DNA of 64,000 nt. Source: a virus (taxonomy: Duplodnaviria > Heunggongvirae > Uroviricota > Caudoviricetes). The position numbers and the translations under genes are program-made. The notes below the pieces were generated by a model. It saw only the letters and a program-made list of their open reading frames with translations, had not been told where the DNA came from and did not search any database. The DNA is taken from the IMG/VR virus record IMGVR_UViG_3300046820_002180, positions 31,821 to 95,820 of that record, one strand, 5' to 3'. This document shows positions 27,501 to 36,307 of this stretch, one piece after another. Position 1 is the first letter of the stretch; every line of letters begins with the position of its first letter.

Positions 27501-27790
27501 GAGCACTTGGTTGTTCAACAATTAACCCACCATCATCCTCATCATCAACGAATTATCTAATCAGTACAGGGTTTACGGCACCTGATTATTGTAATGGTTT
27601 ATTTGGTACCGACCAAACAGTTTATGGTGATGATTCGGCTTGGACATCCGTTACAAGATTCTATACCAATAGTGGAATGACGACACCATTTAATGGTGGA
27701 AGTTTATGGTACGGAGACTCAACGGCGTACTTTGGAACCACACTACAAATTGATAGTGATGGATATGTAATTGATAGTTATGCTTGTTAA
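24563..27790 (+). CDS. Long tail fibre protein (Mtd_N-like N-terminus, coiled-coil stalk)
   Basis: MAQIVKLRRS...LQLGELALNTTDGK, 18-aa tandem repeats, a WTVTHNLG module, very Ser/Thr-rich. Confidence 0.75.
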   Translation: MAQIVKLRRSSVSGQKPTNSNLQLGELALNTTDGKVYMAVSGSLGPSVEELISTNTVNTGSIHLVGNVTASHFSGSFIGDGTNLYNIPASGVTGLNLTRIADGNATASISNSQGLKINTNTEITGSLIVSSGSAVFDASLQLTENSSLILNSGSNLYVYDGGIISGTFKGNGALLTDLPYATTGSNQFNGNQTITGSLTITQNLRVLGSSSIVYSTASQLIVEDNIIVVNASYPAARFSGLEVHDSGSNGNITASFLWDGLHNRWIYQNSSEAHYGGAMFIAGPRNTGSLGDEQTLTSGRIPKSIGGDHIGDSLISETGTTITIAGNLIVNSLTGSINYNNLTNVPTLVSGSPQIEITGTTGYSDYSSSISTSIGSLSSSIATTTNDLDGRLDSIELTTGSLNTYTSSNTTNINAIHTATSSLNSFTTSYSTGSFTGSFIGNGIGLYNIPATGVTGLQLDKIVSGNASASINNNGFYVNRDVYVDGTITAKEIHTDYVTSSVLFQSGSTKFGNTSDDTHQFTGSVYITGSIVSSDTPLVSGSSQIDITNTTGYSTFSSSIKNSIDDVTGSIANLSSSVKVRIDDVTGSITALSSSVKVRIDDVTGSITALSSSVKVRIDDVTGSITALSSSVKVRIDDVTGSITTLSSSVKNSLDTVTGSITVLSSSVKNSIDTVTGSITSLSSSVKNSFDTITGSITSLSSSVKVRIDSLTGSIDSLNTFSSSVVLTSQTSSMSVLSASYAVTAAFALNAGGGGGQGTTYVHTQSSASTTWTVTHNLGERYPAIVVFDSSGNVIIPTNISAQSTSTLVVTFSSAQTGKVSATVGGGLPHISASYEGRVLAVYNDEPIWKAGIISGSQQLGNLGFATTGSNTFYGNQTISGTTTINIATLGSKCVTISSNTAIFDLGDFDGANFDYVVKNGSNMRAGMIMSAWDGSNSVYNETSTMDMGSTTGVTFTVSGLGVLNVNISSGTWAVEVLYRALGCSTINPPSSSSSTNYLISTGFTAPDYCNGLFGTDQTVYGDDSAWTSVTRFYTNSGMTTPFNGGSLWYGDSTAYFGTTLQIDSDGYVIDSYAC
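26228..26713 (+). repeat. Nine tandem 54-nt (18-aa) coding repeats
   Basis: Consensus LSSSVKVRIDDVTGSITA; units are synonymously diverged. Confidence 0.9.
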
Positions 27791-27810
27791 AATATAATCA
27801 CAATTTATAG

Positions 27811-27848
27811 TATTTATTAGTAACACATTAGTGGACAGTGAAACTAAT
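27811..27848 (+). promoter_or_regulatory. TATTTATT motif plus leader hairpin
   Basis: TATTTATT 27811-27818; stem ATTAGT 27827-27832 / ACTAAT 27843-27848 with loop GGACAGTGAA, 5 nt before the ATG. Confidence 0.5.
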
Positions 27849-27853
27849 AAATT

Positions 27854-30800
27854 ATGGCAAACGAATTTAAAATCAAGAATGGTCTTGTCGTGTCAGGCTC
27901 AGCCGACTTTGAACAAGACCTAACCGTCCGAGGGAGACTTACCGCAGATGAATTACACATATCAATTGTTAGTTCTTCAGTCCTTTTCGAGTCAGGTTCT
28001 ACCCAATTTGGTAACTCAATAACAGATACCCACAAAGTTACGGGTTCGTTATCTATAACAGGTTCGATGAGCCTGAACGGTCAACCTATCGGTACGGGTA
28101 AGTTGGATGAAACAACTTTCCAATTGTATACTGCTAGTATCGACCCAAGAATCGCTAATTTGGAGACAAGTACGGGTAGTATTAATGGTTTCACGTCAAG
28201 TACTAATTTAAGATTAACATCGTTAGAAACTTCCACAGGAAGTATCAATACATATACAGCATCCAATACCACAAATATTGATGCAATTCACACATCCACA
28301 TCAAGTTTAAACACATTCACATCAAGTGCTAATGGACGTTTAAATTCAATAGAAGGTGTAACAGGTTCCATATCTTCTTTGAACACTTACACAGGTTCAA
28401 ACAACACAATTATCGGAACTTTACAAACTTCGACAGGTAGTTTAAATACATTTACTTCAAGTGCTGCCGGTAGATTAAATTCTATTGAAACATCGACTGG
28501 TAGTTTGAATTCATATACTGCATCTAATACTACCAATATCAACGCAATTCATACCTCAACTTCAAGTTTGAATACGTTTACTTCAAGTGCAAATGGTAGA
28601 CTAAGTTCCATCGAAACATCGACTGGTAGTTTAAATTTATATACAAGTTCTAATACTACGAATATAAATGCAATTCACACAGCAACAAGTTCGTTAAATT
28701 CGTACACAAGTAGTAACACGACTGCGGTAAATGCGTTGAATACCTCAACCGCGAGTTTGAATTCTTATACGAGTAGTAACAACACAGTAATTAATGCATT
28801 AAATTCGTATACAAGTAGTAACACGACAAACATAAGTGCTATTCATACTGCAACAAGTTCGTTAAATTCGTACACAAGTAGTAACACGACTGCGGTAAAT
28901 GCGTTGAATACCTCAACAGCAAGTTTAAATTCATATACAAGTTCTAATACTACGAATATAAATGCTATTCATACCACAACAGGTAGTTTAAATTCATATA
29001 CAAGTTCTAATACTACGAATATAAATGCTATTCATACTGCAACAGGTAGTTTAAATGCATTCACTTCAAGTGCATCTGGTAGGTTAACATCATTAGAATC
29101 TGCTAGTTCGAGTATTAGAACAGATTTTAATAGTTTTACAAGTTCTAACAATACTGTTGAGTCTACACAAAACAGTAGGTTAACTTCATTAGAAACAACT
29201 ACAGGTAGTTTGAATTCATATACATCATCTAATACCACAAATATTAATGCAATTCATACTGCTACTGGTAGTTTAAATTCCTATACGTCTAGTAATAATA
29301 CTAGATTGGGTATTATTGAAACTGCGACATCAAGTTTAAATTCTTATACGTCTAGTAATAATACCAAATTAGGTATTATAGAAACTGCAACAAGTAGTTT
29401 GAATAGCTTTACATCTTCTATTAATACAACAATTAAGAATAGATTAAACACCGAAGGTGTTGTTTCAGGGTCAGTACAGGTTACATTATCTAGTACGACT
29501 GGTTATAGTACTTTTAGTTCATCATTAGCAACCACAGACTTAGGTCAAGACAATAGATTAACATCTTTAGAAGGTAAAACAGGTAGTTATGCAACAACAG
29601 GAAGTAATGTCTTCCAAGGTAGTCAAATAATAACAGGTTCATTATTTATTTCACAGGATTTAATAGTTGCCGGTTCATCATCTATTCAACACATTAGTTC
29701 ATCAGTAGTAAACATCGCCGATAATATTATCACAGTTAACGCACAAAACCCAAGTATTAGATTTGGTGGTCTTGCAGTAATTGATAGTGGTTCATCACCA
29801 CAAATATCGGGGTCTATATTATTTGACTCGGTAAATGACCAATGGATATTTGTTCACCAAAATCAAACAACGGTTACATCGTCAATATTGTTGATGGGAC
29901 CTCAAACTTTTAATAACTTAGGTAACGAGACGTCCCCAACAAATAACAGATTACTTAAGTCTGTTAATGCGGAACATTTAGGTGATAGTAACATTAGTGA
30001 CACAGGAACGAAAGTAAGTGTTAATTCAAATACCGAAATTACAGGTTCATTAATTGTTGCGGGTGGAAATAAAATAACAGTAAACGCAACAGGTGGAGAT
30101 GAAGGAGGTGAAATTTTATTAGGTAAAGCGGTAACCAACACAACACTTTCAGGTGAAGGTGTCACAATTGATGTTTGGCAAAATAGACTAAGAATTTTCG
30201 AACAAGGAGGAAATGCAAGAGGTGCGTATCTCGATATATCAACATTAGCAAATGGTGTTGGAACTAATTTATTGGGTACCGTAGCAACAGCATCATATGT
30301 TGAGTTTTCTAATGTTGCAAATAAACCTTCATTAGTTTCAGGTTCATCACAAATATCATTCAATGGTATAACAGATAAACCAACATTAGTTTCAGGTTCT
30401 GCACAAATTTCATTTAATAGTATAACAGATAAACCAACATTAGTTTCAGGTTCGTCACAAATTACTTTCTTAAGTATTAGTAGTATACCCGCAGGACTTG
30501 TTTCAGGTTCTTCACAAGTATTAAATGGAAGTGGAGTATGGTCAGGTTCCGCACAATTACCTGCAGGAACAGTGTCAGGTTCTTCACAAGTATTAAATGG
30601 AAGTGGTGTTTGGAGTGGTAGTGCACAATTACCATCAGGTGTTGTATCGGGCTCAAGTCAAATTACATATTCATCTATTAGTAGTATTCCCGCGGGTATC
30701 GTGTCAGGTTCCGCACAAGTAATATCACTTTTACCTTCAGGTACTGTTTCGGGTAGTTCTCAAGTACTTGCAGGAACAACAATACACTCAGGTGCATTCT

Positions 30801-32917
30801 TCAATGGTATAAGTGTTGTTTCAGGTTCCGCACAGATTTCATTCAATGGTATAACGGATAAACCGGCATTAGTGTCTGGTTCATCTCAAATCACATTTGG
30901 TAGCATTACTGGTGTTCCTTCAGGTTTAGTATCTGGCTCTTCACAAATCACTTTCTTAAGTATTAGTAGTATACCGAGTGGTTTAGTATCAGGTTCGTCA
31001 CAAGTTGCATTTAGTTCATTGAGTGGACTTCCTTCAGGTATTGTATCGGGTTCATCACAAATATCTTTCGGTAGTATTAGTGGAGTACCTTCAGGATTAG
31101 TATCGGGCTCCTCTCAAATAACATATGGTTCGTTAAGTGGAATTCCGTCAGGTATTGTTTCTGGTTCATCACAAATATCATTTGGTTCAATATCAGGAAT
31201 TCCTTCAGGTTTAGTATCTGGTTCATCTCAAATTACATTTAGTGGAATATCATCAAAACCTACTACAATTAGTGGTTATGGTATAACAGATGCTATCACA
31301 ACAGGTAATATTGGTTCACAAACGGTGGCATCTGCCGGCAACTCAACAACGGTTGGAGGTTTAACACCTATTCAGTTCTTTAATAATATGGGTGATAATC
31401 ACTCAACAAGAACTAGTTTTGATGCGTCAACACCATCATATGGTTTTGGATTTAGATTTGTACAAGGAAATACAAATGGACCTGCAACAGGAGGTGGAGG
31501 TCAGTTTTATTCTTGGTATATTGGTCTTGGTAATGATTATCCGGCTACCGGTGGTGGTTCATATGGTATGCAAGTTGCAATTCCTAGAACGGCAACGACT
31601 CCATATATGAGTATAAGATATAATGAAAATAATAGCTTAGGCTCTTGGTTAAAAATTGCGGCAGGATATGCGGATACCGCTGGTAGTGCCACCACTGCAG
31701 GTTCATTAAGTAGTATGAACATATCTCAGTTCACAAATAACACTGGTTATATAACAGGTATATCTTTTGCAAACGTTTCATCGAAACCAACAACAATATC
31801 GGGATATGGAATCACGGATGCTATTACAACTGGTAATATTGGTTCACAATCTGTATCGTACGCAACAACAGCAGGTTCATTAACATCAATGAATATATCT
31901 CAATTCACTAATAACAGTGGATATATAACAGGTATAGCATTCTCAAGCGTTTCATCAAAACCAACAACACTTAGTGGATACGGAATTACCGATTCATTAT
32001 ATCAAGATAGAGCAACAGTTGATGTTAACGCATTTAACACCACAGGATTATATAGAGGTTCAACATCAGGTTGGTCTAATAGACCAACAGTTGTTCACAA
32101 CGGTGGTGCATTATTACAAATAGACACCCATCCAGGAAACTATCACTCACAATTATTTTTTGATACGGGTGGTAACAGATTATATATGAGGTCGGCAGAT
32201 GCTGGTTCTTGGGGTAGTTGGGTGACGATGTATCATTCAGGTAATTTAACTAACCTTAACCAATTAACAAACGGTCCTGGTTACATTACAGGTATATCTT
32301 TCGCAAACGTTTCATCGAAACCAACAACAATATCGGGGTATGGAATTACAGATGCAATTACCACGAGTAATATTGGTTCACAATCTGTATCATATGCATC
32401 AAGTGCGGGAAGTGCACCTAACGGAACTAATCAAAATTCGGTCTATAACGTAACACCTGGTGAAGGTAATGGATTGAGATTTTGGTCTGAAGACAACTAT
32501 AAAATTAGTATGGGTGTTAGTAGTGTTTACCAATATGGAACTGTTAACGATTATTCAATTAAAACCCAAATGAATTCCGGAGATGCGGGAAGAGGATTTA
32601 CTTGGGGAAGAATTGGTGTTGTTCCAATTGCATCATTAAACGCAACGTCAGGTAATATGCAACTTGCGGGGTCATTAACAACAGGTGGAAGTATATTACC
32701 ATTAAGTAATAATTCAGTGAATTTAGGTTCGGTATCTTTAGGTTGGGCAAACGTTTATACGAACGACTTACATTTAAGTAATATGAATAAACCTGAAGGA
32801 AATGATATTGATGGAACAAAAGGCACGTGGACTATTCAGGAAGGTGAAGAAAATTTGTATATTATCAATAATAATAACGGAAAGAAATTTAAGATTAGTT
32901 TAGAAGAGATTATATAA
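27854..32917 (+). CDS. Very long tail fibre protein (1687 aa)
   Basis: 21-aa coiled-coil repeats, VSGSSQI repeats, knob-like inserts, and C-terminal WANVYTNDLHLSN...WTIQEGEENL...KKFKISLEEI end motif typical of phage fibres. Confidence 0.8.
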   Translation: MANEFKIKNGLVVSGSADFEQDLTVRGRLTADELHISIVSSSVLFESGSTQFGNSITDTHKVTGSLSITGSMSLNGQPIGTGKLDETTFQLYTASIDPRIANLETSTGSINGFTSSTNLRLTSLETSTGSINTYTASNTTNIDAIHTSTSSLNTFTSSANGRLNSIEGVTGSISSLNTYTGSNNTIIGTLQTSTGSLNTFTSSAAGRLNSIETSTGSLNSYTASNTTNINAIHTSTSSLNTFTSSANGRLSSIETSTGSLNLYTSSNTTNINAIHTATSSLNSYTSSNTTAVNALNTSTASLNSYTSSNNTVINALNSYTSSNTTNISAIHTATSSLNSYTSSNTTAVNALNTSTASLNSYTSSNTTNINAIHTTTGSLNSYTSSNTTNINAIHTATGSLNAFTSSASGRLTSLESASSSIRTDFNSFTSSNNTVESTQNSRLTSLETTTGSLNSYTSSNTTNINAIHTATGSLNSYTSSNNTRLGIIETATSSLNSYTSSNNTKLGIIETATSSLNSFTSSINTTIKNRLNTEGVVSGSVQVTLSSTTGYSTFSSSLATTDLGQDNRLTSLEGKTGSYATTGSNVFQGSQIITGSLFISQDLIVAGSSSIQHISSSVVNIADNIITVNAQNPSIRFGGLAVIDSGSSPQISGSILFDSVNDQWIFVHQNQTTVTSSILLMGPQTFNNLGNETSPTNNRLLKSVNAEHLGDSNISDTGTKVSVNSNTEITGSLIVAGGNKITVNATGGDEGGEILLGKAVTNTTLSGEGVTIDVWQNRLRIFEQGGNARGAYLDISTLANGVGTNLLGTVATASYVEFSNVANKPSLVSGSSQISFNGITDKPTLVSGSAQISFNSITDKPTLVSGSSQITFLSISSIPAGLVSGSSQVLNGSGVWSGSAQLPAGTVSGSSQVLNGSGVWSGSAQLPSGVVSGSSQITYSSISSIPAGIVSGSAQVISLLPSGTVSGSSQVLAGTTIHSGAFFNGISVVSGSAQISFNGITDKPALVSGSSQITFGSITGVPSGLVSGSSQITFLSISSIPSGLVSGSSQVAFSSLSGLPSGIVSGSSQISFGSISGVPSGLVSGSSQITYGSLSGIPSGIVSGSSQISFGSISGIPSGLVSGSSQITFSGISSKPTTISGYGITDAITTGNIGSQTVASAGNSTTVGGLTPIQFFNNMGDNHSTRTSFDASTPSYGFGFRFVQGNTNGPATGGGGQFYSWYIGLGNDYPATGGGSYGMQVAIPRTATTPYMSIRYNENNSLGSWLKIAAGYADTAGSATTAGSLSSMNISQFTNNTGYITGISFANVSSKPTTISGYGITDAITTGNIGSQSVSYATTAGSLTSMNISQFTNNSGYITGIAFSSVSSKPTTLSGYGITDSLYQDRATVDVNAFNTTGLYRGSTSGWSNRPTVVHNGGALLQIDTHPGNYHSQLFFDTGGNRLYMRSADAGSWGSWVTMYHSGNLTNLNQLTNGPGYITGISFANVSSKPTTISGYGITDAITTSNIGSQSVSYASSAGSAPNGTNQNSVYNVTPGEGNGLRFWSEDNYKISMGVSSVYQYGTVNDYSIKTQMNSGDAGRGFTWGRIGVVPIASLNATSGNMQLAGSLTTGGSILPLSNNSVNLGSVSLGWANVYTNDLHLSNMNKPEGNDIDGTKGTWTIQEGEENLYIINNNNGKKFKISLEEII
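28160..29420 (+). repeat. Degenerate 63-nt (21-aa) coding repeats containing perfect DNA duplications
   Basis: Unit SLNSYTSSNTTNINAIHTATG; 68-nt exact repeat 28682-28749 = 28850-28917; 53-nt exact repeat 28922-28974 = 28985-29037. Confidence 0.88.
30324..31240 (+). repeat. About 16 copies of VSGS(S/A)Q, mostly with a 17-aa period
   Basis: Example unit GLVSGSSQITFLSISSIP. Confidence 0.85.
31232..32398 (+). repeat. Four SSKPTT(I/L)SGYGITD spacer modules flanking variable inserts
   Basis: Copies near 31250, 31780, 31950 and 32310; 31754-31803 and 32288-32337 are 49/50 nt identical. Confidence 0.8.
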
Positions 32918-32918
32918 G

Positions 32919-33692
32919 ATGCCATTAAATGTAAAGAATCACATAATAAGTTCAAATGACATCACGAGTGCAGGAATTTTTAGAACAAAAATAAATCGTG
33001 ATAGTCTAATATTACATTTAGATGCTGGTGATGTTGATTCATATCCGGGCAGTGGTTCTGATTGGTATGATTTAAGTGGTAATGGTTATAACTTTGTTAT
33101 AAACGCTTCCGCATATAATTCGTCAGGACCAAAATATATGGATTTTAATGGTTCATATGGTTGTGCAAAGAAAACGAGTACTGATGTCCCATTATCGGGT
33201 AATGTCACGTGTATTTGTTGGACAAGAGTTAAGAATAGTACATCTGAATGGAGAACATTATTAAGAGGTTTAAGTTCAGGAGCTGACCACCAAGTTATTA
33301 TTCAATCGGGTGCTTGGGGTATGGGTATGTACGATAATACGAATGGTACAGGATTTAATAGTAGTGGATTTAGTCAACAAAGTTTACCCGCTTATGGTAC
33401 GTCAAATTGGGATATGTTAGTATGGAGATGGTATAATACGGCATCACCATATCATTTATTTGGATATAATGACACCGCAGGATTATTAAGAGGTCAGATT
33501 GCTAGCATCAATTCAAGATTTAAACACGGGTTTTGTTCAATTGGTGCTTATAATAACGGAGACCAAAATAATCCAAATGCTTCGAGTCAACCTTGGGGGG
33601 ACATTGGATTAATAAGTTTGTATAATAGAGTTTTAAATCCTTTTGAAATCTCAGAATATTATCAAGCAACAAGAAATAGATTTGGTAGATAA
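32919..33692 (+). CDS. LamG/concanavalin A-like domain tail protein
   Basis: LILHLDAGDVDSYPGSGSDWYDLSGNG, GDIGLISLYNRVL, YQATRNRFG. Confidence 0.8.
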   Translation: MPLNVKNHIISSNDITSAGIFRTKINRDSLILHLDAGDVDSYPGSGSDWYDLSGNGYNFVINASAYNSSGPKYMDFNGSYGCAKKTSTDVPLSGNVTCICWTRVKNSTSEWRTLLRGLSSGADHQVIIQSGAWGMGMYDNTNGTGFNSSGFSQQSLPAYGTSNWDMLVWRWYNTASPYHLFGYNDTAGLLRGQIASINSRFKHGFCSIGAYNNGDQNNPNASSQPWGDIGLISLYNRVLNPFEISEYYQATRNRFGR

Positions 33693-33701
33693 AATAATTT
33701 T

Positions 33702-34475
33702 ATGGGAATAATATTAGGAGGAAATAATTTATCGGGAACAAATTTCAACACACAAGGAGAAATCCCAACAACACCAACCGTAGTAACAGATGGGTTAGTG
33801 TTGTGGTTGGATGCAGGAAATTTGGATTCTTTTATAAACACATCCGCCAACTATTATGATTGTGGATACGGATATCAATATTACGTTTCAAATCCTGGTT
33901 GTACTGTTGCAAGTACAAAATGGTTTGATATTAGTGGATATGGTAATGATTGGTCAGCGGTAGGAACTTTTGAGGGTGATTATTTTAGATTTAATAGTCA
34001 ACAATCATCAAGAGGGTACTCAAGTGATTGGGCGACTACATCTGAAAGAACAATAGATACTTGGTTTTATCCACCATCTGGTGGAATTCATACTGGATGT
34101 TGTGAAACTATATTTGGTCAATATTGGTTCAGATTTTTTATGATTGGGCAAAGCATTTATACTATGATTGGTTTTGCAACTGGAGGCACATACACCTATC
34201 AACACCCAGCATATTCAATATCATATGACACTTGGCATCATATTGTTGGTATGAGAAGAAATAATCGATATATTATATGGATTAATGGTGTTGAAATGTA
34301 TAATACGGATTTTGGTACAGGTTTAAACCTTTATGACCCAACAGGGACTTATTATATAAGTGCGACTTCACATACTAATGTTCGAGTTTCGAGCGTAAAA
34401 ATATATAATAGAGGATTAACAGATGCAGAAATCCTTAATAATTTTAATGTTGGTAGACAAAGATTTGGAGTATGA
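33702..34475 (+). CDS. LamG/concanavalin A-like domain tail protein
   Basis: DGLVLWLDAGN, WFDISGYGN, WHHIVG, VKIYNRGLTDAEILNNFNVGRQRFGV. Confidence 0.8.
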   Translation: MGIILGGNNLSGTNFNTQGEIPTTPTVVTDGLVLWLDAGNLDSFINTSANYYDCGYGYQYYVSNPGCTVASTKWFDISGYGNDWSAVGTFEGDYFRFNSQQSSRGYSSDWATTSERTIDTWFYPPSGGIHTGCCETIFGQYWFRFFMIGQSIYTMIGFATGGTYTYQHPAYSISYDTWHHIVGMRRNNRYIIWINGVEMYNTDFGTGLNLYDPTGTYYISATSHTNVRVSSVKIYNRGLTDAEILNNFNVGRQRFGV

Positions 34476-34648
34476 TTAATTTAACAATTGTTGAAATCCC
34501 CACAGATGAAATTAATGTAGATGACCCAACTTGCATTTTAAATGCTTTTCCATTTATGGTGGAAGATGAAAATGGTGCTAGGTGGTTTGGTGCACAAACA
34601 TTTAAAGAATGTGAAGAATACATAACAAAACATTTAACTCAAGAGTAA
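34472..34648 (+). CDS. 58-aa hypothetical protein (not in ORF track)
   Basis: MINLTIVEIPTDEINVDDPTCILNAFPFMVEDENGARWFGAQTFKECEEYITKHLTQE*; coupled to neighbours at both ends. Confidence 0.6.
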   Translation: MINLTIVEIPTDEINVDDPTCILNAFPFMVEDENGARWFGAQTFKECEEYITKHLTQE

Positions 34649-36306
34649 TGCCGATATTATTTAGAAAAACAAATATTTTAGACCCATATTCTTGGACCAC
34701 AGGTTCGGGTGGTATTGGTTCATTTAGTCAAAATGGTAGTACTGATGAGAATGAAAGAGTAATTGGTACAGACCCTTTTGGTAATAGTTCTGTTTTATGG
34801 GAAACAAGAGCAAACGGTTCCGCGGCTGATGACGGTGGTTGGAATCATAGTTCCTTTTCTGTTGATAATACTAAATTATATAGAATGTCTGTTTGGGTTA
34901 GAAGGACATCAAGCTCCGCAGGTGGAACGTTTTATTTAGGTACAAATGGTGGAGGACAATGTGTACTTAGGTTATCTGATTTTGGTGAAGAATGTAATCC
35001 GTATTGGGACTGTGTCGGTACTGGTGCGCTTACACAAAACGTATGGTATTTAGTTGTTGGTCACGTTTTTCCACACACTTATCCAAATTCTAATCAACAC
35101 GCAGATACGGGCAGGTGGACAATTAGTGGTGGAAAAGTTGCAGGAATTAATGGTTGTAATGTTGGAAATGATATGAAATTCGGACCTAGTACAACGTCAT
35201 TAAATCATAGAACATATCATTATTATTGTGGTGATAACACTACAAGATTACAATTTTTTGAACCGAGAGTTGATTTATGTGACGGTTCAGAACCGAGAAT
35301 TACTGATTTATTAAATAACACAAGGAACAAATTAGATTCAACATCGGCAACCATTGAAGGTGCTTCATTTCGAAATCAAAAAATTATTGCAACAGGTGGT
35401 GTTATAACAGAATCGGGAGATTGGAGAATTCATCGTTTTAATAGTTCAGGTACATTTACATTATCATCATTAATTGGTTCATCACTACACGTTGAATATT
35501 TGATTGTAGGTGGTGGCGGTGGTGGTGGAATGGATATGGGTGGCGGTGGAGGGGGCGGTGGTTTCCTAAGTGGGAAACACGTATTAACACCCGGTTCATA
35601 TACAATTACTGTAGGTGCGGGTGGAACAGGTGCTCCTGCTGCAGGAACAAACGGACAACCGGGAGGTCACCAATACACAATACCCGCAACTGCAGGTGGT
35701 AACTCATCATTTAATGGATTAACATCTATAGGTGGTGGTTTTGGTGGTAGTTCTTATAGAGGATATACGCCAGGTATTGCCGGTGGTAGTGGAGGTTCAG
35801 GAGGGGGTGCTAGTGGTTATAATGACAACGCAGGAACATTTAACGGAGGTTCAGGTACTTCAGGTCAAGGATTTAGAGGAGGAAACTCAACAGCAGCATA
35901 TTATTCGGGCGGAGGTGGAGGTGCGGCAGCACAAGGAACTGATTCAACAGCAAGAGCAAATGGTGGTGCGGGTAAACTATCAACAATATTAGGTAGACCA
36001 TTTTATTGGGCAGGTGGTGGAGGTGGTGCGGGTTATTCCACATTTGGTGGTTCGGGAGGAAGAGGCGGTGGAGGTGCAGGTGCACCAAATGAATTTGCAA
36101 ACAACTACGCAACAGGAGGAAGAGATTCTATTGAGTGGGGTAGAGATACTTTAAATGGTTGTACAGGATGTTGGACTAATCTACCTGGTGGAGACGGAGG
36201 AACGAACACAGGTGGTGGAGGTGGAGGAGGAGCTCACTACAATTCAAATAATAAAGGAGGTAACGGTGGTTCAGGTATCGTTATCATTAGATATAAAAAG
36301 AAATAA
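34648..36306 (+). CDS. Tail protein with N-terminal beta-sandwich and glycine-rich C-terminal domain
   Basis: HRFNSSGTF, VEYLIVGGGGGGG, YTITVGAGG, and terminal GGSGIVIIRY. Confidence 0.8.
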   Translation: MPILFRKTNILDPYSWTTGSGGIGSFSQNGSTDENERVIGTDPFGNSSVLWETRANGSAADDGGWNHSSFSVDNTKLYRMSVWVRRTSSSAGGTFYLGTNGGGQCVLRLSDFGEECNPYWDCVGTGALTQNVWYLVVGHVFPHTYPNSNQHADTGRWTISGGKVAGINGCNVGNDMKFGPSTTSLNHRTYHYYCGDNTTRLQFFEPRVDLCDGSEPRITDLLNNTRNKLDSTSATIEGASFRNQKIIATGGVITESGDWRIHRFNSSGTFTLSSLIGSSLHVEYLIVGGGGGGGMDMGGGGGGGGFLSGKHVLTPGSYTITVGAGGTGAPAAGTNGQPGGHQYTIPATAGGNSSFNGLTSIGGGFGGSSYRGYTPGIAGGSGGSGGGASGYNDNAGTFNGGSGTSGQGFRGGNSTAAYYSGGGGGAAAQGTDSTARANGGAGKLSTILGRPFYWAGGGGGAGYSTFGGSGGRGGGGAGAPNEFANNYATGGRDSIEWGRDTLNGCTGCWTNLPGGDGGTNTGGGGGGGAHYNSNNKGGNGGSGIVIIRYKKK

Positions 36307-36307
36307 G

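Noticed and set aside
27854-36306. Diversity-generating retroelement acting on fibre tips
   Set aside because: No reverse transcriptase and no template/variable repeat pair differing mainly at adenines was seen.
36155-36307. Track start for the 175-aa ORF
   Set aside because: It overlaps the Gly-rich gene in another frame; the recognisable protein begins at MAHFAQ (36308). Starts at 7134, 15634, 37584, 39352 and 55956 were shortened for similar reasons.
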